Sequence record: MK514281.1
Direction: 5' to 3' (one strand)
DNA length: 64,000 nt
Numbering within the stretch: the first letter of the stretch is position 1; each line of letters starts with the position of its first letter. Shown piece after piece: positions 9,257 through 18,742 of the stretch. Below the pieces are notes generated by a model. The model had not been told where the DNA came from and did not search any database. It saw only the letters and a program-made list of their open reading frames with translations. The translations under genes were made by a program, and so were the position numbers.

Positions 9257-10093
9257 ATGCACTTACTTGATAGTCCTGACGTTTGGATGCCCATACCTGG
9301 ATTCTCACGTTACGAGATCAATGAGGTAGGTGTAGTCAGGAATTGGAATAAACAAATCATTAGCCAATCTAAATGGGGTGATTACTTAAAGGTTGTTATT
9401 GCGGCCGATGACGGCGAACAGCGGATGATCATGGTCCATGTTGCGCTATGCCTCGCCTTCCATGGCAAGCGTCCCGATCTAGGTCCTAATGTTCTAGTAG
9501 TAACAGTAAACCATAAAGACGGTAATAAAGAAAACAATACCAAATCTAATGTCGAGTGGGTGTCTAACTCAGACAACGTGTTACATGCCTATAAGACTCG
9601 TCTTAACAAGACATCTCAGCATGTGTTGATCGATGATGAGTTAACCGGCGAGCGATTCTCGGTACATTCTTACGAAGAGCTTATGCGCTGGGTCGGTAGT
9701 CCTCATTTGAAAGGCCGAATCTTTTGTAGCATATACCGAGACAAACTTTATCAAGATAGATATCGAATCACCGAATTACCTGGTTATGAACCAGGGTCAG
9801 GTGCGGCGGCAGCTATTCAGATTAAAGTGTTCGATATTGCGGCAAAGCATAATTTACGGAAGAGCGCATATGACGGCTATGTATTTGGCAGCGTCGATGA
9901 AGCTTCCGGAATGTTAAGTTTGAGTGTGTCGCGTATAAAAACGATATTAAGGCTGGGTAACCTGATTTTATTCAACGGTTACCTTTTCATGAAAGCTAAC
10001 GATATGCGAACTATACCTGGTTTCACTAAAGAACAAGTGGAAAAGTCACTTCGCATATTTAAAGCAAAACAACGACGTAAGAACATTTACTAA
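9257..10093 (+). mobile_element. Free-standing NUMOD4-HNH homing endonuclease
   Basis: WMPIPGFSRYEI (NUMOD4), VNHKDGNKENN..SNVEW (HNH), C-terminal FGSVDEAS NUMOD1-like element; appears more AT-rich than its neighbours. Confidence 0.88.
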
Positions 10094-10106
10094 AGGTAAA
10101 CACAGC

Positions 10107-11243
10107 ATGCAGTACAGTACTTTCAACCAGAATAAAGTTGACTATCTCCAAGAACCAATGTTCTTTGGTGAAGCCGTGTCTGTTTCTCGCTACGACCAAC
10201 AGCGTTATGAAATCTTTGAAAAATTGATCGAGAAACAACACAGTTTCTTCTGGCGTGAGATTGAGGTCGATGTGTCTAAGGATCGTATTGATTTCAATAC
10301 AAAGCTCACCGACAGTGAAAAACACATCTTCATCAGCAATTTGAAATACCAAACCCTGCTGGACTCGATTCAGGGTCGCAGTCCTAACGTGGCATTCCTG
10401 CCGATCTGTTCTATCCCGGAACTCGAAACCTGGATGGAAACCTGGTCGTTCTCTGAAACGATCCACTCGCGCTCATACACCCACATCATCCGTAATGTGT
10501 TCAATGAACCAGGGGTGGTGTTTGATGATATCGTCACTAACGAACACATCAAAGCCCGCGCAGCATCAGCAACCAAATACTACGATGAGTTGATTGAACT
10601 CACGTCTTACTGGAATCTGTTGGGTGAAGGCACTCACGTGGTCAACGGTAAGAAAGTCGTGGTTAGTCTTCGTGCACTGAAACGCCTGCTATTTCTCTGT
10701 ATGGTGTCTGTTAACGCATTAGAAGCTGTTCGTTTCTATGTGTCGTTCGCCTGTTCATTTGCCTTTGCTGAACGTGAGTTGATGGAAGGCAATGCCAAGA
10801 TCATTAAACTGATCGCCCGCGATGAAGCCCTGCACCTGACCGGCACTCAGTACATGATCAATCTCTTGAAGTCTGGCGAAGATGATGCTGAGATGGCGGA
10901 GATCGTTAAAGAGTGCTGGAAGGAAGCCTGGGACATTTTTGTCGAAGTTGCCGAACAAGAGAAAGATTGGGCAGCTTACTTGTTCCAGGACGGCGGAATG
11001 ATTGGTCTGACGGAGAAGGTGATCGTTCAATATATTGAATATATCACTAACGTCCGCATGCGGGCTATCGGAATGGATATTCCATTCCCTAACGCCACCA
11101 GTAATCCAATCCCATGGATCAACTCCTGGCTGGTCTCTGACAACGTACAGGTGGCTCCACAGGAAACAGAAATTACATCCTATCTGGTCGGTCAGATCGA
11201 CTCGAAAGTGGACGCCAACGATTTCGACGATTTCCAACTGTAA
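10107..11243 (+). CDS. nrdB: Ribonucleotide reductase class Ia beta subunit
   Basis: [27 protein letters not shown] and [11 protein letters not shown] motifs; close to the E. coli type. Confidence 0.97.
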   Translation: MQYSTFNQNKVDYLQEPMFFGEAVSVSRYDQQRYEIFEKLIEKQHSFFWREIEVDVSKDRIDFNTKLTDSEKHIFISNLKYQTLLDSIQGRSPNVAFLPICSIPELETWMETWSFSETIHSRSYTHIIRNVFNEPGVVFDDIVTNEHIKARAASATKYYDELIELTSYWNLLGEGTHVVNGKKVVVSLRALKRLLFLCMVSVNALEAVRFYVSFACSFAFAERELMEGNAKIIKLIARDEALHLTGTQYMINLLKSGEDDAEMAEIVKECWKEAWDIFVEVAEQEKDWAAYLFQDGGMIGLTEKVIVQYIEYITNVRMRAIGMDIPFPNATSNPIPWINSWLVSDNVQVAPQETEITSYLVGQIDSKVDANDFDDFQL

Positions 11244-11291
11244 CTGCTAGGCACCCATGCTTCGGTGTGGGTGCTGTATAAAGGAGGATGT

Positions 11292-11888
11292 ATGGATGTA
11301 GGGCAACGCAATGTCCAGATCTCAGATCAGTATGAGATTATCGGCATGGCGGGCGTAAACTACCTGCCTTTAAAGAAGTCTTCCTCCGATACATACCGCG
11401 TGGTGTTGTGTCGGTTGGATGGGTTAGGGCGTGACAACACTAACTTGCATTATGACATCGATGATGCCTTCACTGACCACTACCGCTTTATCACCCAGCA
11501 ACTCCCCTTTGCCGAATTTGATGGCAGGGATCGTGTCACCACACTCATGCAGAACTGGCAAGGCAAAGCAACCACCGAGATCATTGACAACATCTTTAGT
11601 TCAATTGATCCCGATGCAGGTGCCTTTACGCTAGAAAGCATCAGTGTGGAAAACGGTTACCTTTATGGCGAGGTCAAATTAGCCAATAGCATTGTGGGGA
11701 CGAATCTCTCCATGATGCTGAACCATCCACGTCCCGATCAGGCTGCCTTGATCTTTGGTGTTCGCTATCTGTCCGTCAATACCCGGCTTGACGGGCTGCA
11801 GTATGCTGATGTCAAGAAGATCTGTGCGTATGACGTGAATATCGTCAGCGAAACCGAATTAACCCAACGTCGTAACGGGGTAAAATAA
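11292..11888 (+). CDS. Probable inactive paralog of the phiKZ-type prohead protease
   Basis: YRVVLCRL, LYGEVKL..L..ML.HP, FGVRY and ICAYDV align by eye with the protease pattern YEVVLGAL, GWVKP..L..L.NP, FSIRS and VTFDV; His and Ser missing. Confidence 0.55.
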   Translation: MDVGQRNVQISDQYEIIGMAGVNYLPLKKSSSDTYRVVLCRLDGLGRDNTNLHYDIDDAFTDHYRFITQQLPFAEFDGRDRVTTLMQNWQGKATTEIIDNIFSSIDPDAGAFTLESISVENGYLYGEVKLANSIVGTNLSMMLNHPRPDQAALIFGVRYLSVNTRLDGLQYADVKKICAYDVNIVSETELTQRRNGVK

Positions 11889-11922
11889 TGAACCGTTTAA
11901 AAGGTGCTGTGAGAGCCTATAA

Positions 11923-12540
11923 ATGAAAAGAACAAAAAATATAAAGCTTGATCGTTTTCGTAAGGCATGGAAATTTAAGAAGGTTACGCTGGCATTGATG
12001 GTGGTAACCGGATCGTTTTACCTGGTGGCGTGCGATGAGCCGCGTGATCAGCAAGTACAGATGTATCAGAATGCGGATGACTGTAGTCGAGCTCGCCCGC
12101 AAGACAAGCAGCGCTGTTCTGATGCGTACAATAACGCTCTGCGTGAATCTGAACGTACCGCCCCGCGTTACGGATCGAAAGGAGATTGTGATGCCGAGTT
12201 TGGCTCTGACAATTGCTACCAATCCACGGCTCATAGCCCGACCTGGATGCCGTATATGGGCGGATACATGTACGGGCGCAACGGGAGTTACGCACAGCCG
12301 TTGTATTCCTCACGGGTAACGTCAAGTCCTGCCTATCACCGCTACGTCGATGCTGGCGGACGTAACTACGGCAGTGCTATCTCTGGACGCTCGATTAATA
12401 CCACACGCAGCGCGTTAGCGCCCAAGCCTGTAGTCACTTCAACCATTACCCGTGGCGGGTTCGGTGCAAGCGTGGCACACATGAGTAGTTCTCATTCTTC
12501 GTCCAGTCACAGCAGTGGCGGACATTCATCTGGCGGTTAA
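11923..12540 (+). CDS. ygiB: YgiB/UPF0441 (DUF1190) lipoprotein
   Basis: MKRTK N-terminus, lipobox LVAC, YQNADDCS, AYNNAL.E.ERTAP.Y, WMP.M.GYM.GR and TITRGGFG motifs. Confidence 0.9.
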   Translation: MKRTKNIKLDRFRKAWKFKKVTLALMVVTGSFYLVACDEPRDQQVQMYQNADDCSRARPQDKQRCSDAYNNALRESERTAPRYGSKGDCDAEFGSDNCYQSTAHSPTWMPYMGGYMYGRNGSYAQPLYSSRVTSSPAYHRYVDAGGRNYGSAISGRSINTTRSALAPKPVVTSTITRGGFGASVAHMSSSHSSSSHSSGGHSSGG

Positions 12541-12549
12541 GGAACAGTA

Positions 12550-13071
12550 ATGCAAATCCCCGGTATGCCAACTTCATTTGAAGAGCTGTGCAGTATCATT
12601 GTTAAACTCGGGTTAGTTGATGCCTCGGTTGAAAAGACCACTGAGCTTTTGTGGCAGTCTGTCGAAGACCACGGCTACACCCATCGGTGGGACGACCCAG
12701 ATCAAGAGATGACGTCAACAGAACGTTGGTTCAACCGCGCAGAAGAGTTGAAAATGACGTTCCATGGTGATGTTGTCGCCATGCTGGTTGATTGGTCTAT
12801 TATGACGGGTCGTATGGCTCAGTACCATAATGACATTGATTATCAGCAATATTATCGCAACTGGTTGGCTTCGCAGATCAGTGTTAAGCTACAACTCGAT
12901 GAGGAAGGCGTCACCGAAACGACCTTACATCCACCAACCTATCGCTATCTTCAAGGTGGCAAGATCTTTGTCATCAATGCAGCCACTTCTGGTAACGGTG
13001 GTGGCATCAACTATTACACCATGTCATTAGAGGAGTATGTGAAGTACATTAAAACGCAACCGGCTATTTAA
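12550..13071 (+). CDS. Hypothetical protein
   Basis: ORF with RBS AAGGA. Confidence 0.7.
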   Translation: MQIPGMPTSFEELCSIIVKLGLVDASVEKTTELLWQSVEDHGYTHRWDDPDQEMTSTERWFNRAEELKMTFHGDVVAMLVDWSIMTGRMAQYHNDIDYQQYYRNWLASQISVKLQLDEEGVTETTLHPPTYRYLQGGKIFVINAATSGNGGGINYYTMSLEEYVKYIKTQPAI

Positions 13072-13104
13072 TGTAAGAGCCCGCTATCAGTAGGAGAGTT
13101 ACGT

Positions 13105-13407
13105 ATGGCGAACAAAAGTGTTATCGGCGTGATCAAATACAGTCGGGTGGACAACAAAGACACCTGGACAGTCTACCAGCACGGTAAACACGTTGAGCTT
13201 TTCCAGAAAGCTTTCCAGCATCCCATCGAGGCGTTTAAGCTTCGGGATATTTCCAAAGTAGGTCGGCCTGAAGTCAGTCATGCCTCGGGCCATTATCCGA
13301 TCGTTGATAACCCCAGTATCCGCGTCTTCTACGAAGATGGCAGTATCGGTGTGGGTGCGGGTGCGTTAATCAACATCATGTTGCAACAGTATCAATTAAC
13401 GGAGTGA
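13105..13407 (+). CDS. Hypothetical protein, possibly a degenerate HigB/RelE-like protein
   Basis: RBS AGGAG; sits directly upstream of higA; weak GHY.I..N..IRV.YEDG likeness to HigB. Confidence 0.45.
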   Translation: MANKSVIGVIKYSRVDNKDTWTVYQHGKHVELFQKAFQHPIEAFKLRDISKVGRPEVSHASGHYPIVDNPSIRVFYEDGSIGVGAGALINIMLQQYQLTE

Positions 13408-13411
13408 CATC

Positions 13412-13702
13412 ATGGGTAAAGTCAAAGAGATTTTGTATGGTCGCCGCGGTAGCACGGCCGGTGAGATTCTTAAGTTAGAATACATGGAGCCGTTAAACCT
13501 CACCGTCGATGAAACAGCAAAGAAACTGAAAGTTGCAAAGTCTACCATCAGCCGGATTATTAATGGCCGTTGCCGCTTGAGCAAGCCCCTTGCCACCAAA
13601 CTTGCCAAAGCGTTCGCCACTACTCCGGAATACTGGATGAACTTTGCTGACAACTGCACCAACCCCTATCCAAACTTGCGGGCCAAGGGCTGGTACAGAT
13701 GA
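13412..13702 (+). CDS. higA: HigA-family antitoxin / HTH (XRE) regulator
   Basis: GEILK.EYMEPLNLT...AKKLKV..STISRIING...LA.KLAKAF.TTPEYWMN is the typical HigA pattern. Confidence 0.85.
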   Translation: MGKVKEILYGRRGSTAGEILKLEYMEPLNLTVDETAKKLKVAKSTISRIINGRCRLSKPLATKLAKAFATTPEYWMNFADNCTNPYPNLRAKGWYR

Positions 13703-13920
13703 ACATCGCCGAACCCATCTATGAGGTGGAAGTCGGCAAAACGTATCTGTCACCTTCGGGCTTGCCATTCGAAGTGTTGTTCTTAGCCGCGCATGGTCAG
13801 GACTGCACGGTGCCGATGGTGGTATACCGCAACCTCACCCCGACGTACGACAAACCTGCAGGGCAGATCTGGACCACATCGGAGTCACTCTTTCTAACGC
13901 AATTCCGCGTGCCTGCGTGA
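13699..13920 (+). CDS. DUF1653-like small protein
   Basis: GKTY..P.G..FEVL..A.H...VPMVVYRNL...GQIW. Confidence 0.7.
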   Translation: MNIAEPIYEVEVGKTYLSPSGLPFEVLFLAAHGQDCTVPMVVYRNLTPTYDKPAGQIWTTSESLFLTQFRVPA

Positions 13921-13964
13921 TGCTATGGCGGTAACTGACCGTCCATCACTACAGAGGCAAGCGC

Positions 13965-14270
13965 ATGTCTACGAACGAGAACTTTCATGTATCCGATCAG
14001 GCGATTATCGATGCCATCCTGGAATACACCCGTAACGGGAAAGAACCAGCTGTAGTCAAGTACGACCCCGATGGCCCTGAAGCAGAACGCATGAGTCAGG
14101 AACATCGGATTGTCACCTGGTTTCAAGACATCCGTACCATTGTTGACGCGGTATGTCAACGTCCAGGTTTCTCCGGGCTTAACGTGCTGAAGATCGCAAC
14201 CCGTGCTATGGAACAGGATATCATAGCACAGTCAGCGGGACCGGCATCGCCTATTAACCCTGAACTGTAG
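13965..14270 (+). CDS. Hypothetical protein
   Basis: ORF with GAGG RBS. Confidence 0.65.
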   Translation: MSTNENFHVSDQAIIDAILEYTRNGKEPAVVKYDPDGPEAERMSQEHRIVTWFQDIRTIVDAVCQRPGFSGLNVLKIATRAMEQDIIAQSAGPASPINPEL

Positions 14271-14291
14271 AAAATAAGAAGACTTTCACAC

Positions 14292-14549
14292 ATGCAATTA
14301 AAAGAACTGCTTACCTGCATTCGCCCGGGTGATGTTATCACCAATACCGCCTGGCCACAGGGACGGACCTTTACCGTCTCAACGGAGTTCATGAAGTTTC
14401 ATACCGGTCGTGGTACGGATGTTCATGAACGCAATTCATGCCCAGATGGTGCGTGGCACGGTTGGTCGGTAGCAAACAAATATGCCACCGTACTTAACCG
14501 TCGTGCAGTAGCGCAATCCCACAACCCGATTAAAGAGGACGTTTCATGA
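14292..14549 (+). CDS. Hypothetical protein
   Basis: Stop overlaps the next start (ATGA). Confidence 0.6.
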   Translation: MQLKELLTCIRPGDVITNTAWPQGRTFTVSTEFMKFHTGRGTDVHERNSCPDGAWHGWSVANKYATVLNRRAVAQSHNPIKEDVS

Positions 14550-14947
14550 TTACCATTACGGACATGCACGATGAAGAAGGGTTCACTGACGAAAAGAAAG
14601 ATGCGTTAGTGAAACTTCTGCCAGAAGACAACAACGGTCTTGCACACACCTATCGTTTTACTGATGGTGCTGAAGAGAACCCGTTTGAAGGCTTCCTGAT
14701 CATCGGCGCCCCAACGCTGGTTTATCACTTTATCCGCACCGGTAAGAATGACGCGGGTGAAGAAGAAGAGACCTATCTGGGCCAATACGTCCCAACGGTC
14801 GATGGCGGTGTAATGCCAGAGAACGGCCTGGGTCAGAACCTGAGCGACAACGTGGGTACTCGCGTGGCAGAGTTTGAATCTGTTATTCGTAGCTTCCACC
14901 GTAAAGTGCTCGAGCGTCTGGGTCAGCCAGTCCCTGGCGCACGGTAA
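14546..14947 (+). CDS. Hypothetical protein (paralog of 15964-16362)
   Basis: RBS GAGGA; shares Y.F.DG...F.GFL.I..P.L.Y...R with its paralog. Confidence 0.7.
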   Translation: MITITDMHDEEGFTDEKKDALVKLLPEDNNGLAHTYRFTDGAEENPFEGFLIIGAPTLVYHFIRTGKNDAGEEEETYLGQYVPTVDGGVMPENGLGQNLSDNVGTRVAEFESVIRSFHRKVLERLGQPVPGAR

Positions 14948-14954
14948 GATGACA

Positions 14955-14982
14955 CCCGGGGGTTCTCCCCGGGTTTTATGCC
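14955..14982 (+). terminator. Intrinsic terminator with TTATGCC tail
   Basis: CCCGGGG-GTTCT-CCCCGGG-TTTTATGCC followed by a T run. Confidence 0.85.
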
Positions 14983-15053
14983 GTCTTTTTATTTTTTGTT
15001 ACAGATTACATAGATGGTACTTATTATACACCACTACTGAAAAGGAATACATC

Positions 15054-15959
15054 ATGTCTGAGCAAGCCGCTGTAAAACCGAAGAATTATACCAACCTGAC
15101 TGTCACCATCGCCGGTAATGACCCAGTTGCTGCCACTGCCGTTGCCAGTGTGTTATCAACGTACCTGAACGAAAAGGGTCTGGCCGGTCGTCGTCTGGGT
15201 GAGAATGCTATCGCCCCTGACTTCGCCGTGCAATCTGTTGAAGGCCTGGCTGCTGACCAGAACAACAGTGTAAACGTTTCTGTTGACACCCTGACTATGG
15301 AATCCCTGCAGGGCAGAACGCAGGTTTGGGATTGGCCAACCTGGGGTGACAGCGAACAACCCTGGACCGCGCTGGTCGGTGACGAACTGCGTAACCTCTG
15401 GTCAACGTTATCCGGTGTGCAGAAACGCGCTATCTATAAAAGCCTGGCTGCACTGAACATCGTGGTGGAAGACGATGAGATGACTGAAGAGAAAGCACAG
15501 GAGATCATCAACAACTCCGAAGTTTATGTTGATCTGCGTGATGTGCGTAACGACGGCAGTTATAACCGTGTGCTGATTGACGGCGCTGCGACCATTGAAG
15601 AACTCGACGCCATCAAGTTCATCTTCCAGACCGCGCGTGAAGGCAACCCGGTCACCCACGAAGACATCACACTGCAACAGCAGCAGGATGCCAGCAACGG
15701 CGCGCATGCAGCACCTGAATTACCGGATGGTCGTGAGACACCAGAGCTGCCGGACACTCTCGAACCGCTGGCCAGTCCGGAATACAACCCGGAAGATTTA
15801 GAGCCGGGTACAGGCATTCCCGCGGTAAACCCAACCGACCCTTCGCTGGCACCACAAACCAAACAGCAGGCTGTGTCGTTTGACAACAGCGATAAAGCTA
15901 CCCTGGCTGCTGCACCTACTTCAGGAACCGTCCGTCCATCCGACGACATGGGAGACTAA
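15054..15959 (+). CDS. Hypothetical protein with acidic, Pro-rich disordered C-terminus
   Basis: AAGGA RBS before ATG at 15054. Confidence 0.75.
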   Translation: MSEQAAVKPKNYTNLTVTIAGNDPVAATAVASVLSTYLNEKGLAGRRLGENAIAPDFAVQSVEGLAADQNNSVNVSVDTLTMESLQGRTQVWDWPTWGDSEQPWTALVGDELRNLWSTLSGVQKRAIYKSLAALNIVVEDDEMTEEKAQEIINNSEVYVDLRDVRNDGSYNRVLIDGAATIEELDAIKFIFQTAREGNPVTHEDITLQQQQDASNGAHAAPELPDGRETPELPDTLEPLASPEYNPEDLEPGTGIPAVNPTDPSLAPQTKQQAVSFDNSDKATLAAAPTSGTVRPSDDMGD

Positions 15960-15963
15960 GTCA

Positions 15964-16362
15964 ATGCTACCGAAGTCTGAACCAATCTCCATCTTCAGCG
16001 TCTCGAGTGTTCAACTGACCGAAACGTCAGAAGCGCACTTTCGTAAAGAGCTGAACGAGGCAGATGCCATTCACTCTGTCTACGCCTTTAAAGATGGCTC
16101 GCAATTCGGTGCCCGCTTTAATGGCTTTCTGGTGATCACCGGCCCTATCCTGGCGTACCAGTTATTCCGGGGCAGTGAACTGGAGTCGTCTGAGTTCGTC
16201 GGCACCTTTATGTACGGTGAAGGCGGGGAAGCGATTATCCCAGAGAACGTTAAAACGGTGTTCAGTCAATATGACCGTAACCGAGTGACCCAGTTTAAGG
16301 CATTAGCCCAAGCACTGCACTCAGCGGTCACTGACCACATCAAAGGGGTACGGCGTGACTGA
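15964..16362 (+). CDS. Hypothetical protein (paralog of 14546-14947)
   Basis: GGAG RBS before ATG at 15964; visible alignment to 14546-14947. Confidence 0.7.
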   Translation: MLPKSEPISIFSVSSVQLTETSEAHFRKELNEADAIHSVYAFKDGSQFGARFNGFLVITGPILAYQLFRGSELESSEFVGTFMYGEGGEAIIPENVKTVFSQYDRNRVTQFKALAQALHSAVTDHIKGVRRD

Positions 16363-17059
16363 CATCACTTCAACACCAGAAGCAGCGGCGGCCCTGCCGG
16401 CGTTTAAAGGGGTGTTGGGTGAACAGGTAAAAGGCTTCGGAGCAAGCCAGCTCACCGGCTGGCATATTGTGGTCGCTGATCCGACTGACCTGCCAAAGGG
16501 GGTGCAAGAAGGTCTCAGTGCTTTGGTGGGTCGCTCCAGCATCTTTACCTATCTCGGTGCCCGCTGGGTATTTGACAGCATCGGTACCGGTTACCTGCAA
16601 CGCACCCGTATGGTCATTGACCCTGACACGGTTAACATCGAACAGATTGAAGACCGGTCTGCTCAACACGGTATCGTCCGGGGAAGTGAAGATCGTCGAG
16701 AGTGGAACCTGGGTAACTGGGTCGCACACCTCGGGGGTCGCATCAACCGGGATAGCTACCTGGAGTTCGGTAGTCTGTATGCATTAGATCAGATGATCAA
16801 TCAGATGCATAAATTGATGTTTCGCACCAAAGATGATGAGCTGAAAATTCACATCGTGGGTGGATCACCTGATGATCAAAAAGTTATTGCCCTGCTGATT
16901 GGCGGTGTTTTGGACGACTACGATGTCACCCCGAGCACCAGTCTTGGTAAACTCATTGAAGAGGCGTCAGTTAATCCCCCTTCAATGGATAGTCTGAATG
17001 ACACAGCGGATCATTCGTTGCGTCTTAAAATTGAAATTAATATCGTGCCTCGTAACTGA
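16355..17059 (+). CDS. Hypothetical protein
   Basis: GTG start with GGGG RBS overlapping the upstream stop. Confidence 0.7.
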   Translation: MTDITSTPEAAAALPAFKGVLGEQVKGFGASQLTGWHIVVADPTDLPKGVQEGLSALVGRSSIFTYLGARWVFDSIGTGYLQRTRMVIDPDTVNIEQIEDRSAQHGIVRGSEDRREWNLGNWVAHLGGRINRDSYLEFGSLYALDQMINQMHKLMFRTKDDELKIHIVGGSPDDQKVIALLIGGVLDDYDVTPSTSLGKLIEEASVNPPSMDSLNDTADHSLRLKIEINIVPRN

Positions 17060-17088
17060 GGCCTTATTTCTCGTCGAAGGAAAAAGAG

Positions 17089-17736
17089 ATGGCTGACATT
17101 AACTATTACGAACTGATTCGCAACTGGGGTAAAGCCCGTAACATCATCGGTGGTGGCTCTACCCCGATCGATCAGTTTATCAAAGGCACCACGGAAGCGG
17201 CAGAGCTCTGGGCTAATGTTCTGGGTAAAGAACCCGCTAAGCTGAAAGATGACATCGGCGACACCCTGGTCTGTCTGACGCAGTCTTACGGTATTGCTGG
17301 TAGTGTGGTGATTGAAGACGCAGCATCTCATGCTGACCAGTACCTGGCATCACTGCGTAAAGATTACGAAGCCTACGGCGAATGGGCGCTGAAACGCTTT
17401 GCCCTGAAAGTGCTGCGTAGCATGTCTGACATCTCGACGCAGATTGAACACGCCCAGTTCGACCCTGACCGCCATTGCCCGGACCGTCTGTCTGATGAAA
17501 CTGCAGAGCTGGTAGCCGTCCTGACGGTGATTGCAGAGAACCAGGGCTGGACGCTGGAAGAGTGTCTGGAAGAAGCGTACAACGACATCAAAGACCGTAA
17601 AGGTGTGATGTTCAACGGTGGCTTTGTAAAAGAAGCGAGCCTGTCAGTTGAGCGCGCACAAGAGATGCTGGCTTCTGGTACCGTCGGTGGCGTGGGTGCT
17701 GAATACCTGAATGACTACATCAGCGCAAACAGCTAA
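17089..17736 (+). CDS. MazG-like nucleotide pyrophosphohydrolase
   Basis: IRNWGKARNI, E.AEL, LKDDIGDTLVCL and LEECLEEAYNDIKDRKG motifs. Confidence 0.8.
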   Translation: MADINYYELIRNWGKARNIIGGGSTPIDQFIKGTTEAAELWANVLGKEPAKLKDDIGDTLVCLTQSYGIAGSVVIEDAASHADQYLASLRKDYEAYGEWALKRFALKVLRSMSDISTQIEHAQFDPDRHCPDRLSDETAELVAVLTVIAENQGWTLEECLEEAYNDIKDRKGVMFNGGFVKEASLSVERAQEMLASGTVGGVGAEYLNDYISANS

Positions 17737-17753
17737 CTGTAAATAAAGCTAAA

Positions 17754-17796
17754 CCTACATTACCTAAGGGATAGTGAAAGCTATCCCTTTTATGCC
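17754..17796 (+). promoter_or_regulatory. Early promoter motif overlapping an intrinsic terminator
   Basis: CCTACATTAC-CTAA-GGGAT, where AAGGGATAG is also the 5' arm of AAGGGATAG-TGAAAG-CTATCCCTT-TTATGCC. Confidence 0.65.
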
Positions 17797-17817
17797 AATT
17801 ATAATTGAGGAGTAAAA

Positions 17818-17907
17818 ATGAAACAGATTGCTGCTAACGTAAATGTTCTTTCTGCCGTCAAAGGTCATGATGCGCTGATTGTTGAATGCAACGAAGTGGT
17901 GGCGTGA
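17818..17907 (+). CDS. 29-aa peptide, not in the ORF track
   Basis: MKQIAANVNVLSAVKGHDALIVECNEVVA; strong GAGGAG RBS; TGATG overlap with the next gene. Confidence 0.6.
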   Translation: MKQIAANVNVLSAVKGHDALIVECNEVVA

Positions 17908-18257
17908 TGTCAAAGGCTAAAGCAGTCTGGGATGACCTCTCATACACCCTGCTCATTCTGGGCGCATGGCTTCTGTATATTGTCTTTGTTGGCTGGTGTG
18001 CCTATTTCTTCCCAGAGAAAACTATCATCAAGAACGACGAGGATTTGCTGGCGTACCAGGAAGGCGATGGGCGTTTCAATCGGTTTGTTAACGAAGCATT
18101 AGAAACGGTGATTGCTGACACGGAATGTTTATACCCCATCACAATCACTAAACGCGGGCATTGGTTCTTTGCCGCAGATATGTTTACTGTTCAGAATGCC
18201 AAGTGCATAAGTCAGGTTGGTCTCAATAATAACGTGACGACCACCCCGATCAGTTAA
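17907..18257 (+). CDS. Membrane-anchored hypothetical protein
   Basis: TM helix LLILGAWLLYIVFVGWCAYFF; start refined to ATG at 17907. Confidence 0.7.
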   Translation: MSKAKAVWDDLSYTLLILGAWLLYIVFVGWCAYFFPEKTIIKNDEDLLAYQEGDGRFNRFVNEALETVIADTECLYPITITKRGHWFFAADMFTVQNAKCISQVGLNNNVTTTPIS

Positions 18258-18314
18258 GCCTCAAGGGAGGTAATCCCTCCCTATCACTCATTAACCTACT
18301 TGTGGAGATTTGCC

Positions 18315-18731
18315 ATGACAACGTCGCGTACTGACTTGATTACTAGCCGGATCAAAGAAGCATTGAATGGGGTCCGGGTACAAACCAGTGAGTTGTATCA
18401 TGAATCGACTGATGTCGCATCGTTCGGTGCGGTAAAAACGGTGATGTTCTTTTGGAATGTAGCTGACAATGATTTAACTGCTGAGATGGTTGAGCGTGAA
18501 ATCCTGGTCCGACTACAGACCGAGAATATTTACGTGGCCTTTCACAAAACCCGCCGGCGTGAAGGGGAGCGCTTAATCGCGGCCAGTATTGCCTGTAATC
18601 CGACTAACCCGAATTACACCTACGGCAACCTGCGGGGCTTCACCCAGATGTGGCTACAGAAAAGCTTCGGGGCAACGAAAGAACGTCTGCAGCAAAAACA
18701 ACGTGACAGTAATTTGTTTATTCGTCGTTAA
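18315..18731 (+). CDS. Hypothetical protein
   Basis: GGAG RBS before ATG at 18315. Confidence 0.7.
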   Translation: MTTSRTDLITSRIKEALNGVRVQTSELYHESTDVASFGAVKTVMFFWNVADNDLTAEMVEREILVRLQTENIYVAFHKTRRREGERLIAASIACNPTNPNYTYGNLRGFTQMWLQKSFGATKERLQQKQRDSNLFIRR

Positions 18732-18742
18732 TTAAGGAACGC

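Noticed and set aside
10107-11243. Intron or intein in nrdB next to the HNH gene
   Set aside because: nrdB is continuous at normal length (378 aa), and the HNH is a separate ORF with its own RBS.
14874-15053. N-terminal extension of the 361-aa ORF in the track
   Set aside because: It runs through the previous gene and a terminator; the RBS supports a start at 15054.
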